Positions 1-12,035 are shown, counted from the stretch's first letter. The stretch is 64,000 nucleotides of DNA from Candidatus Pampinifervens sinense (GCA_037927135.1 JAXSPP010000005.1:1-64000), one strand, 5' to 3'. Numbers and translations: made by a program. The notes: generated by a model not told the origin, from the sequence alone.

Positions 1-108
1 CTTTTCAATGCTGGTAGTGGGTGGAGGACTTTAACTTGTGTGCTTGTGTATGTATATGCTTATGCTATTGGATATAGTTATTACAGGAGGGGTGAACTTG
101 AGGTCTAA
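1..108 (+). CDS. possible 3' end of a gene entering from the left (LFNAGSGWRTLTCVLVYVYAYAIGYSYYRRGELEV*)
   Basis: Frame 1 is open from position 1 to TAA at 106-108 and converges on mtnB; the reading frame is not certain. Confidence 0.3.
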   Translation, partial: LFNAGSGWRTLTCVLVYVYAYAIGYSYYRRGELEV

Positions 109-152
109 TTTCTCACCCAGCGTATAAATTATATTACATACCTTAAAGGTCT

Positions 153-749
153 CTATTTTAACATCATCCTCAACTCACACTCAAACAAAAACTCAAAGGC
201 TTCAAGCCTTATGTAGGCTTCCCTTATGCTTTTGCCCCATGTGTAAAGGCCATGAGACCTCAAAAGAAAGCCATAAACCCTTTCTTCCTTTTCCAACCTC
301 TCCCTTATCATCTCGGATAGGCCTCTCATGTCTTGAGAGTTTTCAAAGACTGGCACCGTTATGCTTGTTTGATGGGTTTTTATGCCTTCAAAGGCCTTCA
401 AAAGCTCGTAGTTTTCCAGCCTTATATCCCCTTTAGAAAGCCTTGATATAAGCGTAGAGTTTATAGAATGCACATGCAAAACACACATGGCGGAAGGAAA
501 GAGTTTATAAACCAAGGTGTGCAAAAGGGTTTCTGCCGAAGGCCTTTTTGAGCCTTTTACCAAGTTTCCCTCAAGGTCCACAAGCACAAAGTCTTCCCTT
601 GTAAGGTGTCCCTTGTGGCTTCCAGAGGCGGTAATTAGGATAAGTCCATCTTCAAGCCTTGCGGAAAGGTTTCCACCACTGGCGGGTAGCCAACCCCTTG
701 AGTGAAGCTCCCTTCCTATCTCAATGAGCTCAGATATCTCCCTTTCCAT
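153..749 (-). CDS. mtnB: methylthioribulose-1-phosphate dehydratase (class II aldolase fold)
   Basis: GWLPASGGNLS, KRPSAETLLH, HVHS and HGLYTWG motifs. Confidence 0.9.
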   Translation of the reverse strand: MEREISELIEIGRELHSRGWLPASGGNLSARLEDGLILITASGSHKGHLTREDFVLVDLEGNLVKGSKRPSAETLLHTLVYKLFPSAMCVLHVHSINSTLISRLSKGDIRLENYELLKAFEGIKTHQTSITVPVFENSQDMRGLSEMIRERLEKEERVYGFLLRSHGLYTWGKSIREAYIRLEAFEFLFECELRMMLK

Positions 750-753
750 AGGC

Positions 754-1401
754 TTAAAATTTTAAGCCATAATCGCACCAGCTTCTTACAGGACACTCAC
801 CACATTTTGGCTTTACTGGCTTGCATATGGTTTGGCCAAGGGCCACAAGAAGCCTGTTAAAATCCCTCCAGTGCTCCTTGGGTAGTATCTCCATAAGGGC
901 CCTTTCTGTCTCCTCTGGAGTCTTTGTCTTCACAAGGCCCCATCGGTTGCTTATTCGGTGCACATGGGTATCAACGGCTATTGCTGGCTTTCCAAAGCCT
1001 TCGGAGAGCACTATGTTTGCCACCTTCCTGCCCACACCCTTTAGCTTCAAAAGGTCTTCCAAAGTGTCTGGAACCCTTCCACCAAAGTCTTCTATGAGCT
1101 GTCTTGCAAGCTCCTTTAACTGCCTTGCCTTGTTCCTGTAAAAGCCCACGGGGTATATGAGCCTTTCAAGCTCTTTGAGGTCCATCTGCAAAAGGTCCTG
1201 CGGACTTTTTACCCTTTCTAAAAATCTCTTACAAACCTCTGCTGTGGTCTCATCCCTTGTCCTTGTGGAAAGCAAAGCACAAAGTAAAGCACTCAATGGG
1301 TCCTTCCTCTTTTGGGCGATGAGTTTTACAATGGGTGCATGCCACTTTTCATACTCCCTCTTCATTATTTCAAGCACCACCTTTAAATCTTCTTTCCTCA
1401 T
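754..1401 (-). CDS. nth: endonuclease III
   Basis: HhH motif LKGVGRKVAN, VDTHVHR, C-terminal 4Fe-4S motif C-x6-C-x2-C-x5-C. Confidence 0.93.
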   Translation of the reverse strand: MRKEDLKVVLEIMKREYEKWHAPIVKLIAQKRKDPLSALLCALLSTRTRDETTAEVCKRFLERVKSPQDLLQMDLKELERLIYPVGFYRNKARQLKELARQLIEDFGGRVPDTLEDLLKLKGVGRKVANIVLSEGFGKPAIAVDTHVHRISNRWGLVKTKTPEETERALMEILPKEHWRDFNRLLVALGQTICKPVKPKCGECPVRSWCDYGLKF

Positions 1402-2531
1402 GGCCTTATCTTCAGAAGTATAAATAGGGCTAAAATATGCAAAGATAGGGAGTATATGACAAGGGCCGTCTGTGAAAGCTCATAGAGGAGGCCCATTAGG
1501 GCGCCACCAATGAAGGCCGAAAGGCCTATAAAGAAGTGAAAGGTGCCGTAGGCCCTCCCTCTGCTTGCTTCAGAGGAAAGCTTGGCAACGGCAGACCTCA
1601 TGATAGACTCTTGCACTCCAAGGCTTATACCCCAAAGGGCTATGGCAAAAAGCACCTTATCAAAGAGGAAAAGAAGAAGGGGAGAAAGAAGTCCAAAGGA
1701 GAGGCCAATGACAAGAGCCAGAAAGCCTCTTTTGTCATATAACACACCAAAGAAGAGGGCAGAAAGGGCGTCCAAGGCCATGGCAAGGGCAAAAAGTAGG
1801 GAGATCTTCCATCCGTCAAAGGCCTGCTGGTAGAGGTGAAAGCCTATTAAGGGAAAGGGTAAAAAGGAAAGGGAGATAAGACAGGAGGACAAAAGGTAAA
1901 GATAGAAGGCTTTGGAAAATTTGGCAGGCTCATAAGAAGGTCTTTCAAGGTTTATCTTGTCCGAGTATATGCTTTTTGCAAAAAATAGCAAAAGTATGGC
2001 AAGGATGGCAGGGATAAGGAGGAAGAGAAAGGCGGACCTATAGCCAAGGCCCAAAAGAAGCAAAAAGGCCACAAACAAGGGCCCGAGCACGGCACCAATC
2101 TGGTCAAGGAACTCATGGATGCCAAAGCCCTTACCATGCCCAACTAAAGAAGTGGCCTTTGAAAGAAGCACATCCCTTGAGGGCGTCCTTATGCCCTTTC
2201 CAAACCTCTCAAGGAAGACCAAAAGGCCGGCAAGCTTCCAGCTTTTTACCAAGCCAAGCAAAGGCACAGAGAAAAGGTTAAGGGCGTAGCCTACTATTGT
2301 TAGAACCCAATAACTCCTTAGCCTATCGGAAAGCACACCAGAGAAAAGCCTTATCCAATAGCCTATAAGCTCGGAAGCTCCAGATATAAGGCTTACCGCA
2401 AAGGCGCTAGCTCCAAGGTAGGCAAGGTAAGGCCCTATTATGCCCTTGGCACCCTCGTAGGTAAAATCGGAAAGAAGGCTCACAAGGCCCATAAGGAAGA
2501 TAAACCTGTAGGCCCTCTTTTTATCCCACAT
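1398..2531 (-). CDS. MFS transporter
   Basis: About 12 hydrophobic segments; SGVLSDRL and RFGKGIRTPSRD MFS-type motifs. Confidence 0.85.
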   Translation of the reverse strand: MWDKKRAYRFIFLMGLVSLLSDFTYEGAKGIIGPYLAYLGASAFAVSLISGASELIGYWIRLFSGVLSDRLRSYWVLTIVGYALNLFSVPLLGLVKSWKLAGLLVFLERFGKGIRTPSRDVLLSKATSLVGHGKGFGIHEFLDQIGAVLGPLFVAFLLLLGLGYRSAFLFLLIPAILAILLLFFAKSIYSDKINLERPSYEPAKFSKAFYLYLLSSCLISLSFLPFPLIGFHLYQQAFDGWKISLLFALAMALDALSALFFGVLYDKRGFLALVIGLSFGLLSPLLLFLFDKVLFAIALWGISLGVQESIMRSAVAKLSSEASRGRAYGTFHFFIGLSAFIGGALMGLLYELSQTALVIYSLSLHILALFILLKIRP

Positions 2532-2769
2532 CTATATGGCTCACCTCTCCAACTATCTCAACTGGTATGTGCCTTTTTATATTTTCAAGGATGGGGTATA
2601 GGTCTTCAAAGGTGTCTGGCGTGGCAATAAGGTAGACCTCTTCTGAGCTTTTCTCCTTTGTCCTTACTATGGCCTTCCTTCCCGCACCATCCATTAGGGC
2701 TGTAAAAAGACCTATATGCCTCTTAGGAACTCTTACCAGAAGCACCCTTGCCCTTATCTCTTTGCTCAT
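2521..2769 (-). CDS. small conserved hypothetical protein (DUF4911-like)
   Basis: 82-aa ORF overlapping both neighbours in an operon; family assignment tentative. Confidence 0.6.
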   Translation of the reverse strand: MSKEIRARVLLVRVPKRHIGLFTALMDGAGRKAIVRTKEKSSEEVYLIATPDTFEDLYPILENIKRHIPVEIVGEVSHIDVG

Positions 2770-4201
2770 GGCTTATTATCTTTGCACCAAACATATCCTT
2801 TACCCTTTCCACAAAGGGTGGCAACGAAGCATTCTCCTTTTCTATTTTCTCTATCACAAAATCCACCTTTGGATTTATGGCCTTTAGTTTGTTTATCTCT
2901 TCTTGAGTAAGGCTTCCCTCTTCTACATAAAAGACCACCCTGTCTTCCTTTATCTCATACCTTGACCTCTTTAAAATCTCAAAGGTAAGGCTATCCACCT
3001 TGCCTTCAAAGGCCTCAAGAGGGTCTATCTTTAGGTCCTCTTGCGTCTTTTTTTCTTGTTCCGCTTTATCTTCCGGCTTTTCCTCTACCTTTACCTGCAG
3101 TCCATACTTTAATAGTTGGCTTATGGGCAAGATGTCCTTTATTATCTGGGTCTTTATAATGGCAAGCTCAAAGGCTCTCAAAATGTCCCTGCTTCTTGCA
3201 TCCATCCTTATGGTGTTTACCACCTTTTCAAGGTATAGGAGAGCATTGAGTGGTACAGTCTGAAGGCTTTTGTGAAAGTCTTCCACCCTCATGACCTTTT
3301 CTGGGTTCTTTAGGCTCCTATAAAGTAAAAGGGACCTTATTTCCTCCTCCAGAAGGTCACAGAACCTCACAAGGTTAAAGCCCCTTTGGCTGAGGTCTCT
3401 CACAAAGGAAAGGGCCTCATCCACCTTAGAATCCAAAAGCAAAAGGAGGAACTCCCTTACCCTCTCCTGGGAGACTATGCCCAAAAACTCCTCCACCAGA
3501 TCCACCCTTACCTTTCCCTCACCGTAGGTGCTAACTTGATCCAAAAGAGATACCGCATCCCTCATTCCACCGTCGCTTAGCTTTGCCAACATGTATAGGG
3601 CCTTTTCTTCACACTCAAGGCCTTCCTTTTGGCATATCCTCTTTAGGTTTTCCACAATCTGGTCTTCTCTTAGCTTGGAAAAGATGAGCCTTTGGCACCT
3701 TGAGAGGATGGTAGGTAATATCTTTTCGTATTCGGTTGTGCAAAGGATAAAGATGGTTCTGGGTGGGGGCTCCTCCAAGGTCTTCAAAAGGGCGTTAAAG
3801 GCTTCTTTGGTGAGCATATGGGCTTCGTCAAGTATGTAGACCTTGTACTTACCCTTTATGGGTGCATAGGAAACTGCATCCCTTATGGACCTAATATCGT
3901 CTATACCTCTGTTGGATGCTGCGTCTATTTCTATTAGGTCTGGGAAGGATCCCTTATCTATGGCCACACAGTTTTCACAAACTCCGCAAGGCTCTCCCTC
4001 CTTTGGCTGAAGGCAGTTTACTGCCTTTGTAAGTATTCTGGCTATGGTGGTTTTTCCTGTACCCCTTGGGCCAGCGAAAAGATAGGCGTGTGAGATCTTT
4101 CCTAACCTTATGGCATTCCTAAGAACTTGGACTACCACTTCCTGTCCTACTACTTCAGAGAAGGTCCTTGGCCTATACTTTCTGGCAAAGGGTATATACA
4201 T
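2723..4201 (-). CDS. dnaX: DNA polymerase III subunit gamma/tau
   Basis: ARKYRP, Walker A GPRGTGKT, Zn module CxxC, EIDAAS, DEAH, SRC motifs. Confidence 0.96.
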   Translation of the reverse strand: MYIPFARKYRPRTFSEVVGQEVVVQVLRNAIRLGKISHAYLFAGPRGTGKTTIARILTKAVNCLQPKEGEPCGVCENCVAIDKGSFPDLIEIDAASNRGIDDIRSIRDAVSYAPIKGKYKVYILDEAHMLTKEAFNALLKTLEEPPPRTIFILCTTEYEKILPTILSRCQRLIFSKLREDQIVENLKRICQKEGLECEEKALYMLAKLSDGGMRDAVSLLDQVSTYGEGKVRVDLVEEFLGIVSQERVREFLLLLLDSKVDEALSFVRDLSQRGFNLVRFCDLLEEEIRSLLLYRSLKNPEKVMRVEDFHKSLQTVPLNALLYLEKVVNTIRMDARSRDILRAFELAIIKTQIIKDILPISQLLKYGLQVKVEEKPEDKAEQEKKTQEDLKIDPLEAFEGKVDSLTFEILKRSRYEIKEDRVVFYVEEGSLTQEEINKLKAINPKVDFVIEKIEKENASLPPFVERVKDMFGAKIISHEQRDKGKGASGKSS

Positions 4202-4274
4202 GACTTAAATAGTATAACCCTTATTGCAAAAGTCTGGAGCTTTGTTATTTTTATTAAATAGAGAGGTGTGAGCG

Positions 4275-6710
4275 ATGTTTGAGAAGTTTACAGAAAAGGC
4301 AAGACAGATTATCTTGCAAGCTAGAGAAGAGGCTATAGAGCTTGGACATACCTACCTAGGTAGCGAACATATATTGCTATCCTTGATAAAAGAAGAAGAT
4401 TTGCCTATGCTTGTACTGTCCCGCTTTGGCCTCACTCCAGAAAAGATACGTAAGGCCATACTGGGACAGATAACGCGCGGGAATCACTCCGGTGAGATCC
4501 TCTTTGCCCCCGATGCCAAAAGGGTGTTGGAGTTTGCAGTAGAAGAGGCCCGCATACTCCACCATCAGTTTGTAGGACCAGAACATCTTCTCATAGGTGT
4601 GGTAAGGGAAAAGACTGGCCTTGGTGGAAGGATACTGAGAGGCTTTGGGCTTGATGAATACTCTGTAAGAAGGGAAGTGCTTCAAATACTAGGTGAGCTT
4701 CCACCCCAAGAGACCACCAAGTACGCACCCACACCCAACCTGGACAGGTTCTCCAGAGACCTCACCCAAATGGCAAGGGAAGGAAAGCTTGATCCTGTGA
4801 TAGGAAGGGAAAGGGAGATAGAGAGGGTCATACAGATACTTGTAAGGCGCAGGAAGAACAACCCAGTGCTTTTGGGAGACCCGGGTGTAGGTAAAACGGC
4901 CATAGTGGAAGGCCTAGCTCAAAGGATAGCCAACAGGCAGGTGCCAGAGCCCTTACTGAACAAGAGGGTGGTAGCTTTAGATTTGGCAGCCCTTGTGGCT
5001 GGCACCAAGTATAGGGGCCAGTTTGAAGAGAGGCTCAAAAACATACTAAAAGAGCTTGAAAAGGCTCCCAATGTGATACTCTTCATAGACGAGATACACA
5101 CCCTTGTGGGTGCTGGATCTGCAGAAGGCTCCATTGATGCTAGCAACATGTTAAAGCCAGCCTTGGCAAGGGGTGAAATACAGGTGATAGGTGCTACAAC
5201 CCTTGATGAGTACAGGAAGTATATAGAGAAGGATGGAGCCCTTGAAAGGAGGTTCCAGCCTGTCATAATAGAGGAGCCATCAAGGGAGGACACCATAAGG
5301 ATACTCTACGGCCTCAAGCACAAGTTTGAAGAGTTCCATAACGTAGAGTACACACCAGAAGCCATAGAAAAGGCCGTAATCCTATCTGAAAGGTACATAA
5401 CGGATAGGAACCTACCGGATAAGGCTATAGACGTCATAGATGAAGCTGGTTCTTTGGTAAAGCTGAGGGCATACCAGCTTCCACCCGAGTTAAAAGAGCT
5501 TGAGGAAAAGATAAAGGAAATAGAAGAAAAGAAGGAAGAGGCTGTAAGCCAGCAGGATTATGAAAGGGCAGCAAGGCTAAGGGATGAGGAGCTAAGGCTT
5601 AGGGCAAAGCTTGAAAGCCTAAAGGCCAAGTGGAAGCAGGAGATGGCTACAAACAGACCAAAGGTGACGGAAGAGGATGTGGCTGAGGTGGTGGCAAGGT
5701 GGACTGGCATACCCGTAAAGAGGATACACGAGAGCGATATGGAAAAGCTTCTCCGTATAGAAGAGGAGCTCCACAAGAGGGTTATAGGTCAGGATGAGGC
5801 CATAAGGTCCATAGCAAGGGCTATAAGAAGGTCAAGGGTAGGCCTCAAGGGTAGGCACAGGCCAATAGGAGTGTTCCTCTTCCTAGGACCTACCGGTGTA
5901 GGAAAGACGGAGACGGCAAAGGCCTTGGCAGAGTATCTCTTTGGCTCAGAAGATGCCCTCATCAGGTTTGATATGTCCGAATACATGGAAAAGCATACCG
6001 TATCAAGGCTTGTAGGTGCTCCTCCAGGCTACGTGGGCTACGAGGAAGGCGGTCAGCTAACGGAGAAGGTGCGCAGAAGACCTTACTCTGTGCTACTCTT
6101 TGATGAGATAGAAAAGGCTCATCCCGATGTGTTTAACATCTTCCTCCAGATCTTTGACGATGGAAGGCTGACAGATGCCATGGGTAGAACGGTGGACTTC
6201 TCCAACACCATAATCATCATGACCTCCAACCTTGGAGCAAGGCTTATAGCTCATAGCAATCAGATGGGCTTTGAAAAGAAGTTTGGCATGATAGACTATG
6301 AACAGATGAAGAAGAATGTGCTGGATCAGGTAAAGAGAACCTTTAGCCCAGAGTTCCTCAATAGAATTGATGAAATCATAGTCTATAAACCTTTGGAAAG
6401 GGATGACATAGTGAAGATACTGGATCTCCAGCTTGCTCAGATAAACGAAAACTTGAAAGATTGGAACGTAAAGGTGAAGCTCCACAAGAGCTTTATAGAT
6501 TGGCTTATAGACAAAGAGTACAAGCCAGAATATGGTGCAAGGAGTATAAAGAGGGCACTGCAGCATCATGTGGAGGACCTTTTGGCAGAAGAGCTACTAA
6601 AAGGCAGTCTTGCAGACACAGAGGTGGTGGAAATAAGGGTCAAAGACGACAAGCCCTACATAAAGCCTGTAAAGAAAAAGGAAAAGCTGGAAGCCATATT
6701 TAACCAGTAA
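4275..6710 (+). CDS. clpC: ATP-dependent Clp protease ATP-binding subunit ClpC
   Basis: Clp N-repeats (MFEKFT), two AAA+ domains ([16 protein letters not shown]), UVR-type middle domain. Confidence 0.95.
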   Translation: MFEKFTEKARQIILQAREEAIELGHTYLGSEHILLSLIKEEDLPMLVLSRFGLTPEKIRKAILGQITRGNHSGEILFAPDAKRVLEFAVEEARILHHQFVGPEHLLIGVVREKTGLGGRILRGFGLDEYSVRREVLQILGELPPQETTKYAPTPNLDRFSRDLTQMAREGKLDPVIGREREIERVIQILVRRRKNNPVLLGDPGVGKTAIVEGLAQRIANRQVPEPLLNKRVVALDLAALVAGTKYRGQFEERLKNILKELEKAPNVILFIDEIHTLVGAGSAEGSIDASNMLKPALARGEIQVIGATTLDEYRKYIEKDGALERRFQPVIIEEPSREDTIRILYGLKHKFEEFHNVEYTPEAIEKAVILSERYITDRNLPDKAIDVIDEAGSLVKLRAYQLPPELKELEEKIKEIEEKKEEAVSQQDYERAARLRDEELRLRAKLESLKAKWKQEMATNRPKVTEEDVAEVVARWTGIPVKRIHESDMEKLLRIEEELHKRVIGQDEAIRSIARAIRRSRVGLKGRHRPIGVFLFLGPTGVGKTETAKALAEYLFGSEDALIRFDMSEYMEKHTVSRLVGAPPGYVGYEEGGQLTEKVRRRPYSVLLFDEIEKAHPDVFNIFLQIFDDGRLTDAMGRTVDFSNTIIIMTSNLGARLIAHSNQMGFEKKFGMIDYEQMKKNVLDQVKRTFSPEFLNRIDEIIVYKPLERDDIVKILDLQLAQINENLKDWNVKVKLHKSFIDWLIDKEYKPEYGARSIKRALQHHVEDLLAEELLKGSLADTEVVEIRVKDDKPYIKPVKKKEKLEAIFNQ

Positions 6711-9700
6711 GTGTAATTGAAGGGTTCTCTAAGGTAAAGACCTTGGAGAGCCCTCCCCTTCCGCTTACACCTATAATCTTGTCCGCAAAGCTTGCTAAAA
6801 CTTCTCTGAGGGTTACTACGATGAACTGAGCATTTTTAGACCTTTCTTTTATGAGCTCTCCTACCCTTCTGGCGTTTACTTCATCAAGGTGGGCATCCAC
6901 CTCATCAAAATAGTAAAAAGGTGAAGGCCTGTAGTCTTGTATGGCAAAGATAAGGGAAAGTGCTGCAAGAGTCTTTTCCCCACCCGATATGGCCTCAAGG
7001 TACTGAACCTCCTTACCCTTTGGCTTTACCACCATATGGATACCACCAGAGAAGGGATCATCCTCCTTTTCAAGCATCATATAGGCCTTGCCCCCAGGAG
7101 AAAGCTGTGAGAATATACCTTTTAGATTTCTGTTTATAGCGTGAAAGGTCTCCATAAAGGCCTTAAGCTTCTTTTTCTCTATCTCCTCTATAAGCTCTCT
7201 TATGGCCTCCTTCTCTTCTTTTAGCCTTCTATACCTCTCTTGGTAGTCCTTGTACCTCTCTTCGTATTCTTTGTATTCCTCTTCCGCTTTAAAGTTAATA
7301 CTACCCAGTGAAGAGAGCTCTTTTAAAACCTTAGAGAGTTCCTCCTTTAACCTTCCTACAGACTCTTTTACCTCCACTATATCCCCCTCGTATTCCAGTG
7401 CCTTCAGTCTTTCCAAGCCCTCTGAATACCTTTCTTCTAGCCTTGTCCTTTCCAAGTTTAGCCTATGCAATTCCTCCTTTAAATTTTCTTCATATAGCTT
7501 GAGCCTTCCAAGTTCAGACTGCACCTTCCTTTGATCCTCTTCCAACCTATCCTTCTTTTTGTATAGCTCATAAGCTTGAAGGTTTATGCTCTGTAGCTCC
7601 TCCTGAAGCTTTTCCTTCTTCTGCAAAAGATCCTCCAGCTGGTTTTTCAAGCTTTCCATCTCCATCTTTGCATTCTCAATGAAGGCCCTTTTCCTACCCA
7701 CCTCCCTTTGCAAATCCTCTTTCTCAAGCTCAATCTCCTTAAGCTTTATCTGCTTTGTGTGTATAGACTCCCTCAACTTTTCCATCCTTTGACGAAGCTT
7801 TTCATACTGCCACCTTAACTCTTCCACCCCCGACTCCTTATAGTGAAGTAAAAAGGACTGCCTTTTTAAACTTAGGTTTTCAATCTTTTCCTCCAAATAT
7901 TGAACCTCCTCCTCCAACTCCCTTAACCTTTCCCTTACCTTTATTCTTTCCCCTTCCAATATCCCTATATACTCCTGAGCCCTTTGAAGCCTCTCCTCCA
8001 CCGACCTTATTTTCTCAAACCTCGACCTATTCTTCTCCTCCATCTCCTCCAGCCTTCTTTGAAGTATGGCTAGAGCGCCTTCCTTTTCTACCAGATCCTC
8101 CCTTAAAGTCTTCAGAAGCTTTTCCCGCCTTTCCTCCTCTTCTACTAGCTTTTCATACATTCTATTTAGCTCTTCCAGCTTTTCAAGGTAAAAGGCCCTT
8201 CCTAGCTGACCCCTCTCCTCATCATATCCACCACTTATGACCCCACTCTTTTCAAAAAGATCACCCTCAAGCGTTACCATCCTATAAACCCCTATTCCTA
8301 ACATCTTGGCCGTTTCAAAGCTTTCCACCAGTAGTGTATCTCCAAAGACAAACTTAACAGCCTTTTCAAACTTCCGATCATAATCCACTAAGTTGACCAC
8401 AAAGTCTATAACCCCCTTTATCCTAGGGAGATGATAATAGGATGGGGTCTTTGTATCCCTTATCCTGTTTAAGGGAATAAAGTTGAGCCTTCCCCATCTT
8501 AACTCCTTTAACCTCTTTATACACTCTTTTGCCACCTCTTCATCCTCAACTACCACATAAGAGAGCCTTGCACCCCCAGCCACCTCCACAGCTTTCAAAT
8601 GTTCCATCTCCTTAACCCTTATAAGGCTTGAAACCTTTCCATACACACCACCTATACCCTCAAAGGGAAGGTCTTCCGGTGGCAAGCCCTCAAGTTTGCC
8701 TTTGATCATAGACATCTCTTTTAGCACCTCTTCCTTCTCCCCTCTTATCCTCTTTAGGTCCTCTTCCACCCTTTGGAGCTCCTCCCTTTTAGACTTTATA
8801 GTCCTTCTTTCCTCCTCCAACATACTTTGATAGTTCTCCCTACTCATTAAAGCCTCTTCCATATCCCTCCTTATCCTTTCCTTCTCCTCCTTTAACCTCT
8901 CCATATCCTCCCTTACCTTTTCCATCTTCATATCAAGCTCCCTAGCCCTTATCTCCAGCTCCGCCCTTTCCCTCTTCCTGCTGTCTAAGAGTGAATTTAG
9001 CTCCTTTATCTTCTCTTCCGTTCTTTCCATCTCTTCAAGTGAAACCTTTAACTCTTCCTCCCTCTCTTTTATACTTTTCAAGAGGGAGTTTGCACACTCT
9101 TCCAAGGACACAAGATCCATCCTCTCCTGGTCTATGGACCCTTTTAACCCTTCTCCTTCCCTTTCAAGCTCTTCCCTTTGAACTTCCAAAAACCTAATTT
9201 GATCTTCCGTTAGATGTATCTCCTTTTCAATATCATCCAACCTCTTTCTATGAGTTTGTAAAACCTGATCAATGTTCTCTAAAGACTGGGATATCCTTCC
9301 TACCCTTTCCCTAAAGGGGAAAAGTTCTTCGCTTACTTTCCTTAGCTCCTCTTCAATAGAAGCCAACCTCTCCTCATAAAAAGCTATACTCTGTCTTACC
9401 TCCTCCAACTCCTTCTCCTTTAACTTTACTTTCTCTTCTATTTCACTAAGAGATCTCTTTAACTCATACACAGCCTTTAAGCCTAGCTTTATCTCCAATG
9501 ACCTTCTTCTTTCCTCCAAGTTCCTATACAACTTTAACCTCTCTAGATCTCCTTTTAGTCTTTCCATCTGCACTTCCATCTCATCCATCAAAAGCCTTAG
9601 TTCCCTTATCTTGAGTTCTACCTCCCCAAGGTCAGCAAGGGCCTTTTGCTTCTTCTCCTCATACTCCTCAATACCCGCTATATCCTCAATTAGCTTCCTT

Positions 9701-10170
9701 CTTTCTATGGGAGTCATCTTCAAAAACCTGATCACATCTCCCTGAAGCACCACATTGTATGCACTCTCATAGATGCCCGCCTTTGACAAAAATTCTTTTA
9801 AGTCCCTCTCCCTTACTACCACACCGTTTATCCGAAAAACGGTCCTACCATCCTGGAAAACCTTCCTTGATATGACGATGTCCTCCTCCTGCACTGGGAA
9901 TAGACCATAGTTTTTAAAATGCACCTCCACATAGGCATAGTCTGCTCTTTCTGAGTTCCTGTTATAGATAAGGTAGGAGAGGTTTTTTGCCCTTAAGGTC
10001 TTTGCGGTGGCTATACCAAGGGCGAAGGATATGGCATCTCCTATATTAGACTTTCCGGCACCATTGGGCCCCACAATACCTATAAAGCCCTCTCCCAGAG
10101 GGATTTCTACCCTTTCCTTTCCGTATGATTTAAACCCCTCCAAAACTATCTTTTCTATCCAGGCCTTCAC
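6700..10170 (-). CDS. smc: chromosome segregation protein SMC
   Basis: GPNGAGKSN, long coiled coils, hinge, ISGGEK signature, FDEVDAHLD. Confidence 0.96.
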   Translation of the reverse strand: MKAWIEKIVLEGFKSYGKERVEIPLGEGFIGIVGPNGAGKSNIGDAISFALGIATAKTLRAKNLSYLIYNRNSERADYAYVEVHFKNYGLFPVQEEDIVISRKVFQDGRTVFRINGVVVRERDLKEFLSKAGIYESAYNVVLQGDVIRFLKMTPIERRKLIEDIAGIEEYEEKKQKALADLGEVELKIRELRLLMDEMEVQMERLKGDLERLKLYRNLEERRRSLEIKLGLKAVYELKRSLSEIEEKVKLKEKELEEVRQSIAFYEERLASIEEELRKVSEELFPFRERVGRISQSLENIDQVLQTHRKRLDDIEKEIHLTEDQIRFLEVQREELEREGEGLKGSIDQERMDLVSLEECANSLLKSIKEREEELKVSLEEMERTEEKIKELNSLLDSRKRERAELEIRARELDMKMEKVREDMERLKEEKERIRRDMEEALMSRENYQSMLEEERRTIKSKREELQRVEEDLKRIRGEKEEVLKEMSMIKGKLEGLPPEDLPFEGIGGVYGKVSSLIRVKEMEHLKAVEVAGGARLSYVVVEDEEVAKECIKRLKELRWGRLNFIPLNRIRDTKTPSYYHLPRIKGVIDFVVNLVDYDRKFEKAVKFVFGDTLLVESFETAKMLGIGVYRMVTLEGDLFEKSGVISGGYDEERGQLGRAFYLEKLEELNRMYEKLVEEEERREKLLKTLREDLVEKEGALAILQRRLEEMEEKNRSRFEKIRSVEERLQRAQEYIGILEGERIKVRERLRELEEEVQYLEEKIENLSLKRQSFLLHYKESGVEELRWQYEKLRQRMEKLRESIHTKQIKLKEIELEKEDLQREVGRKRAFIENAKMEMESLKNQLEDLLQKKEKLQEELQSINLQAYELYKKKDRLEEDQRKVQSELGRLKLYEENLKEELHRLNLERTRLEERYSEGLERLKALEYEGDIVEVKESVGRLKEELSKVLKELSSLGSINFKAEEEYKEYEERYKDYQERYRRLKEEKEAIRELIEEIEKKKLKAFMETFHAINRNLKGIFSQLSPGGKAYMMLEKEDDPFSGGIHMVVKPKGKEVQYLEAISGGEKTLAALSLIFAIQDYRPSPFYYFDEVDAHLDEVNARRVGELIKERSKNAQFIVVTLREVLASFADKIIGVSGRGGLSKVFTLENPSITLTG

Positions 10171-10194
10171 AGAAAATAGTATAATTTAAAACTT

Positions 10195-12006
10195 ATGGAA
10201 TACAAGCCTCAAGAGATAGAAGCCAAGTGGCAAAGGATTTGGGAAGAGCAAGGGCTTTTTAAAGCAAAGGAAGAGGGAAAAAAGATTTATGTTCTTGAAA
10301 TGTTCCCTTATCCCTCTGGCCGTATCCATATGGGCCATGTGAGGAACTACACCATAGGCGACGCCATAGCAAGGTTTTTGAGGTTTAAGGGCTATTCCGT
10401 TTTACATCCCATGGGCTGGGATGCCTTTGGCCTTCCGGCAGAGAACGCAGCCATAAAACATGGAGTGCATCCTGCAGACTGGACCTACGAAAACATAGCC
10501 TATATGAAAAGACAGCTAAAAAGCCTTGGCTTTTCCTACGATTGGGACAGGGAGATAGCCACATGCGACCCAGAATACTACAAGTGGAACCAGTGGATCT
10601 TTTTAAAGTTCCTTGAGCATGGCCTTGCCTACAGGAAGTCTGCTGAAGTAAACTGGTGCCCCAACGATGAGACGGTGCTTGCCAACGAGCAGGTAATAGA
10701 TGGAAGATGTTGGAGGTGTGGAACTCCCATAGTAAGAAAGGAGGTGCCCTCTTGGTATTTAAAGATTACCGCCTACGCAGAAAGACTTTTGGAGGACCTA
10801 AAGGAGCTGGAAGGAAAATGGCCCGAAAGGGTAATAGCCCAGCAGAGAAACTGGATAGGAAGGTCGGAGGGTGCAGTCCTTAAGTTCTTTGTGGAAGATA
10901 CACCCATAGAGGTCTTTACCACAAGGCCGGATACGGTCTTTGGTGCCACCTTTGTGGTCCTGGCCCCAGAACATCCTTTGACCCTAAAACTGGCAAAAAA
11001 CCCAGAGGTGAAGGCCTTTGTAGAAAGGATGAAGCAAAAGTCCACAAGGGAAAGGGGAATAGAGGAAGAGAAGGAAGGAGTCTTTTTAGGCGTTTATGCG
11101 GTAAACCCAGCCACTGGAGAGAAGATACCCGTATGGACGGCCAACTATGTGCTTTATGAGTATGGCACTGGTGCCATTATGTGCGTGCCAGCCCATGACC
11201 AGAGGGACTACGAGTTTGCCGTAAAGTATGGCCTTCCCATAAGACAAGTTATAAAGCCCTACCAGGGAGAGGCGCCAAAGGGCAGGGCCTATGAGGACCC
11301 GGGCATTCTAATAAACTCTGGCCAGTTTAGCGGTATGGACTCCACAGAGGCAAAAAAAGCTATTACCCAGTGGCTAAAAGAGAAGGGCTTGGGAGACTTT
11401 AAGATAACCTACAGGCTAAGGGACTGGAACATATCAAGGCAAAGATATTGGGGCACACCCATACCAGTGGTCTACTGCGACCACTGTGGCATTGTGCCTG
11501 TGCCAGAGGACCAGCTTCCTGTGATGCTTCCCTATAAGGTGGAGATAACGGGCCATGGAAATCCATTGGAAAAGGTGCCCGAGTTTGTCCATACCACATG
11601 CCCCAAGTGTGGAAGGTCTGCAAAAAGGGAAACGGATACCATGGACACCTTCTTTGACTCAAGCTGGTACTTTTTGAGGTTCTGCGACCCCAAAAACTCA
11701 CAAAGACCCTTTGACCCAGAAAGGGTGGAGTTTTGGATGCCCGTGGACCTCTACATAGGTGGCATAGAGCATGCAGTCCTACACCTCCTTTATGCCCGAT
11801 TTTTCCAAAAGTTCCTCTACGACCTTGGACTTGTAAAGGACAAGGAGCCCTTTTTGAGGCTTATAACCCAAGGCATGGTCCTCAAAAGATGGGTAAGCAT
11901 AGAAAGGTTTTTAAAATACTTGGAAGAAAAATACGGTGTGGAAAACCTTGAGGAAAGAGAGCTTGAAGAGCTTGTGGAGCTTATAAAAAGGGATATGAAA
12001 GGGTAA
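10195..12006 (+). CDS. leuS: leucyl-tRNA synthetase alpha subunit (split LeuRS)
   Basis: MFPYPSG-HMGH, CP1 editing domain, GGIEHA; ends after QGMV without KMSKS. Confidence 0.93.
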   Translation: MEYKPQEIEAKWQRIWEEQGLFKAKEEGKKIYVLEMFPYPSGRIHMGHVRNYTIGDAIARFLRFKGYSVLHPMGWDAFGLPAENAAIKHGVHPADWTYENIAYMKRQLKSLGFSYDWDREIATCDPEYYKWNQWIFLKFLEHGLAYRKSAEVNWCPNDETVLANEQVIDGRCWRCGTPIVRKEVPSWYLKITAYAERLLEDLKELEGKWPERVIAQQRNWIGRSEGAVLKFFVEDTPIEVFTTRPDTVFGATFVVLAPEHPLTLKLAKNPEVKAFVERMKQKSTRERGIEEEKEGVFLGVYAVNPATGEKIPVWTANYVLYEYGTGAIMCVPAHDQRDYEFAVKYGLPIRQVIKPYQGEAPKGRAYEDPGILINSGQFSGMDSTEAKKAITQWLKEKGLGDFKITYRLRDWNISRQRYWGTPIPVVYCDHCGIVPVPEDQLPVMLPYKVEITGHGNPLEKVPEFVHTTCPKCGRSAKRETDTMDTFFDSSWYFLRFCDPKNSQRPFDPERVEFWMPVDLYIGGIEHAVLHLLYARFFQKFLYDLGLVKDKEPFLRLITQGMVLKRWVSIERFLKYLEEKYGVENLEERELEELVELIKRDMKG

Positions 12007-12030
12007 AAGAAGGGGCCCGGGAGGGCCCAG
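12005..12030 (-). terminator. probable intrinsic terminator between converging leuS and lipoprotein genes
   Basis: GGGCCC-N4-GGGCCC hairpin (12013-12028) followed on the - strand by CTTCTTTT. Confidence 0.55.
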
Positions 12031-12035
12031 AGGTT

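Noticed and set aside
7200-9660. CT-rich low-complexity stretch suggesting repeats
   Set aside because: Explained by Glu/Lys/Arg codons of the SMC coiled coils on the - strand
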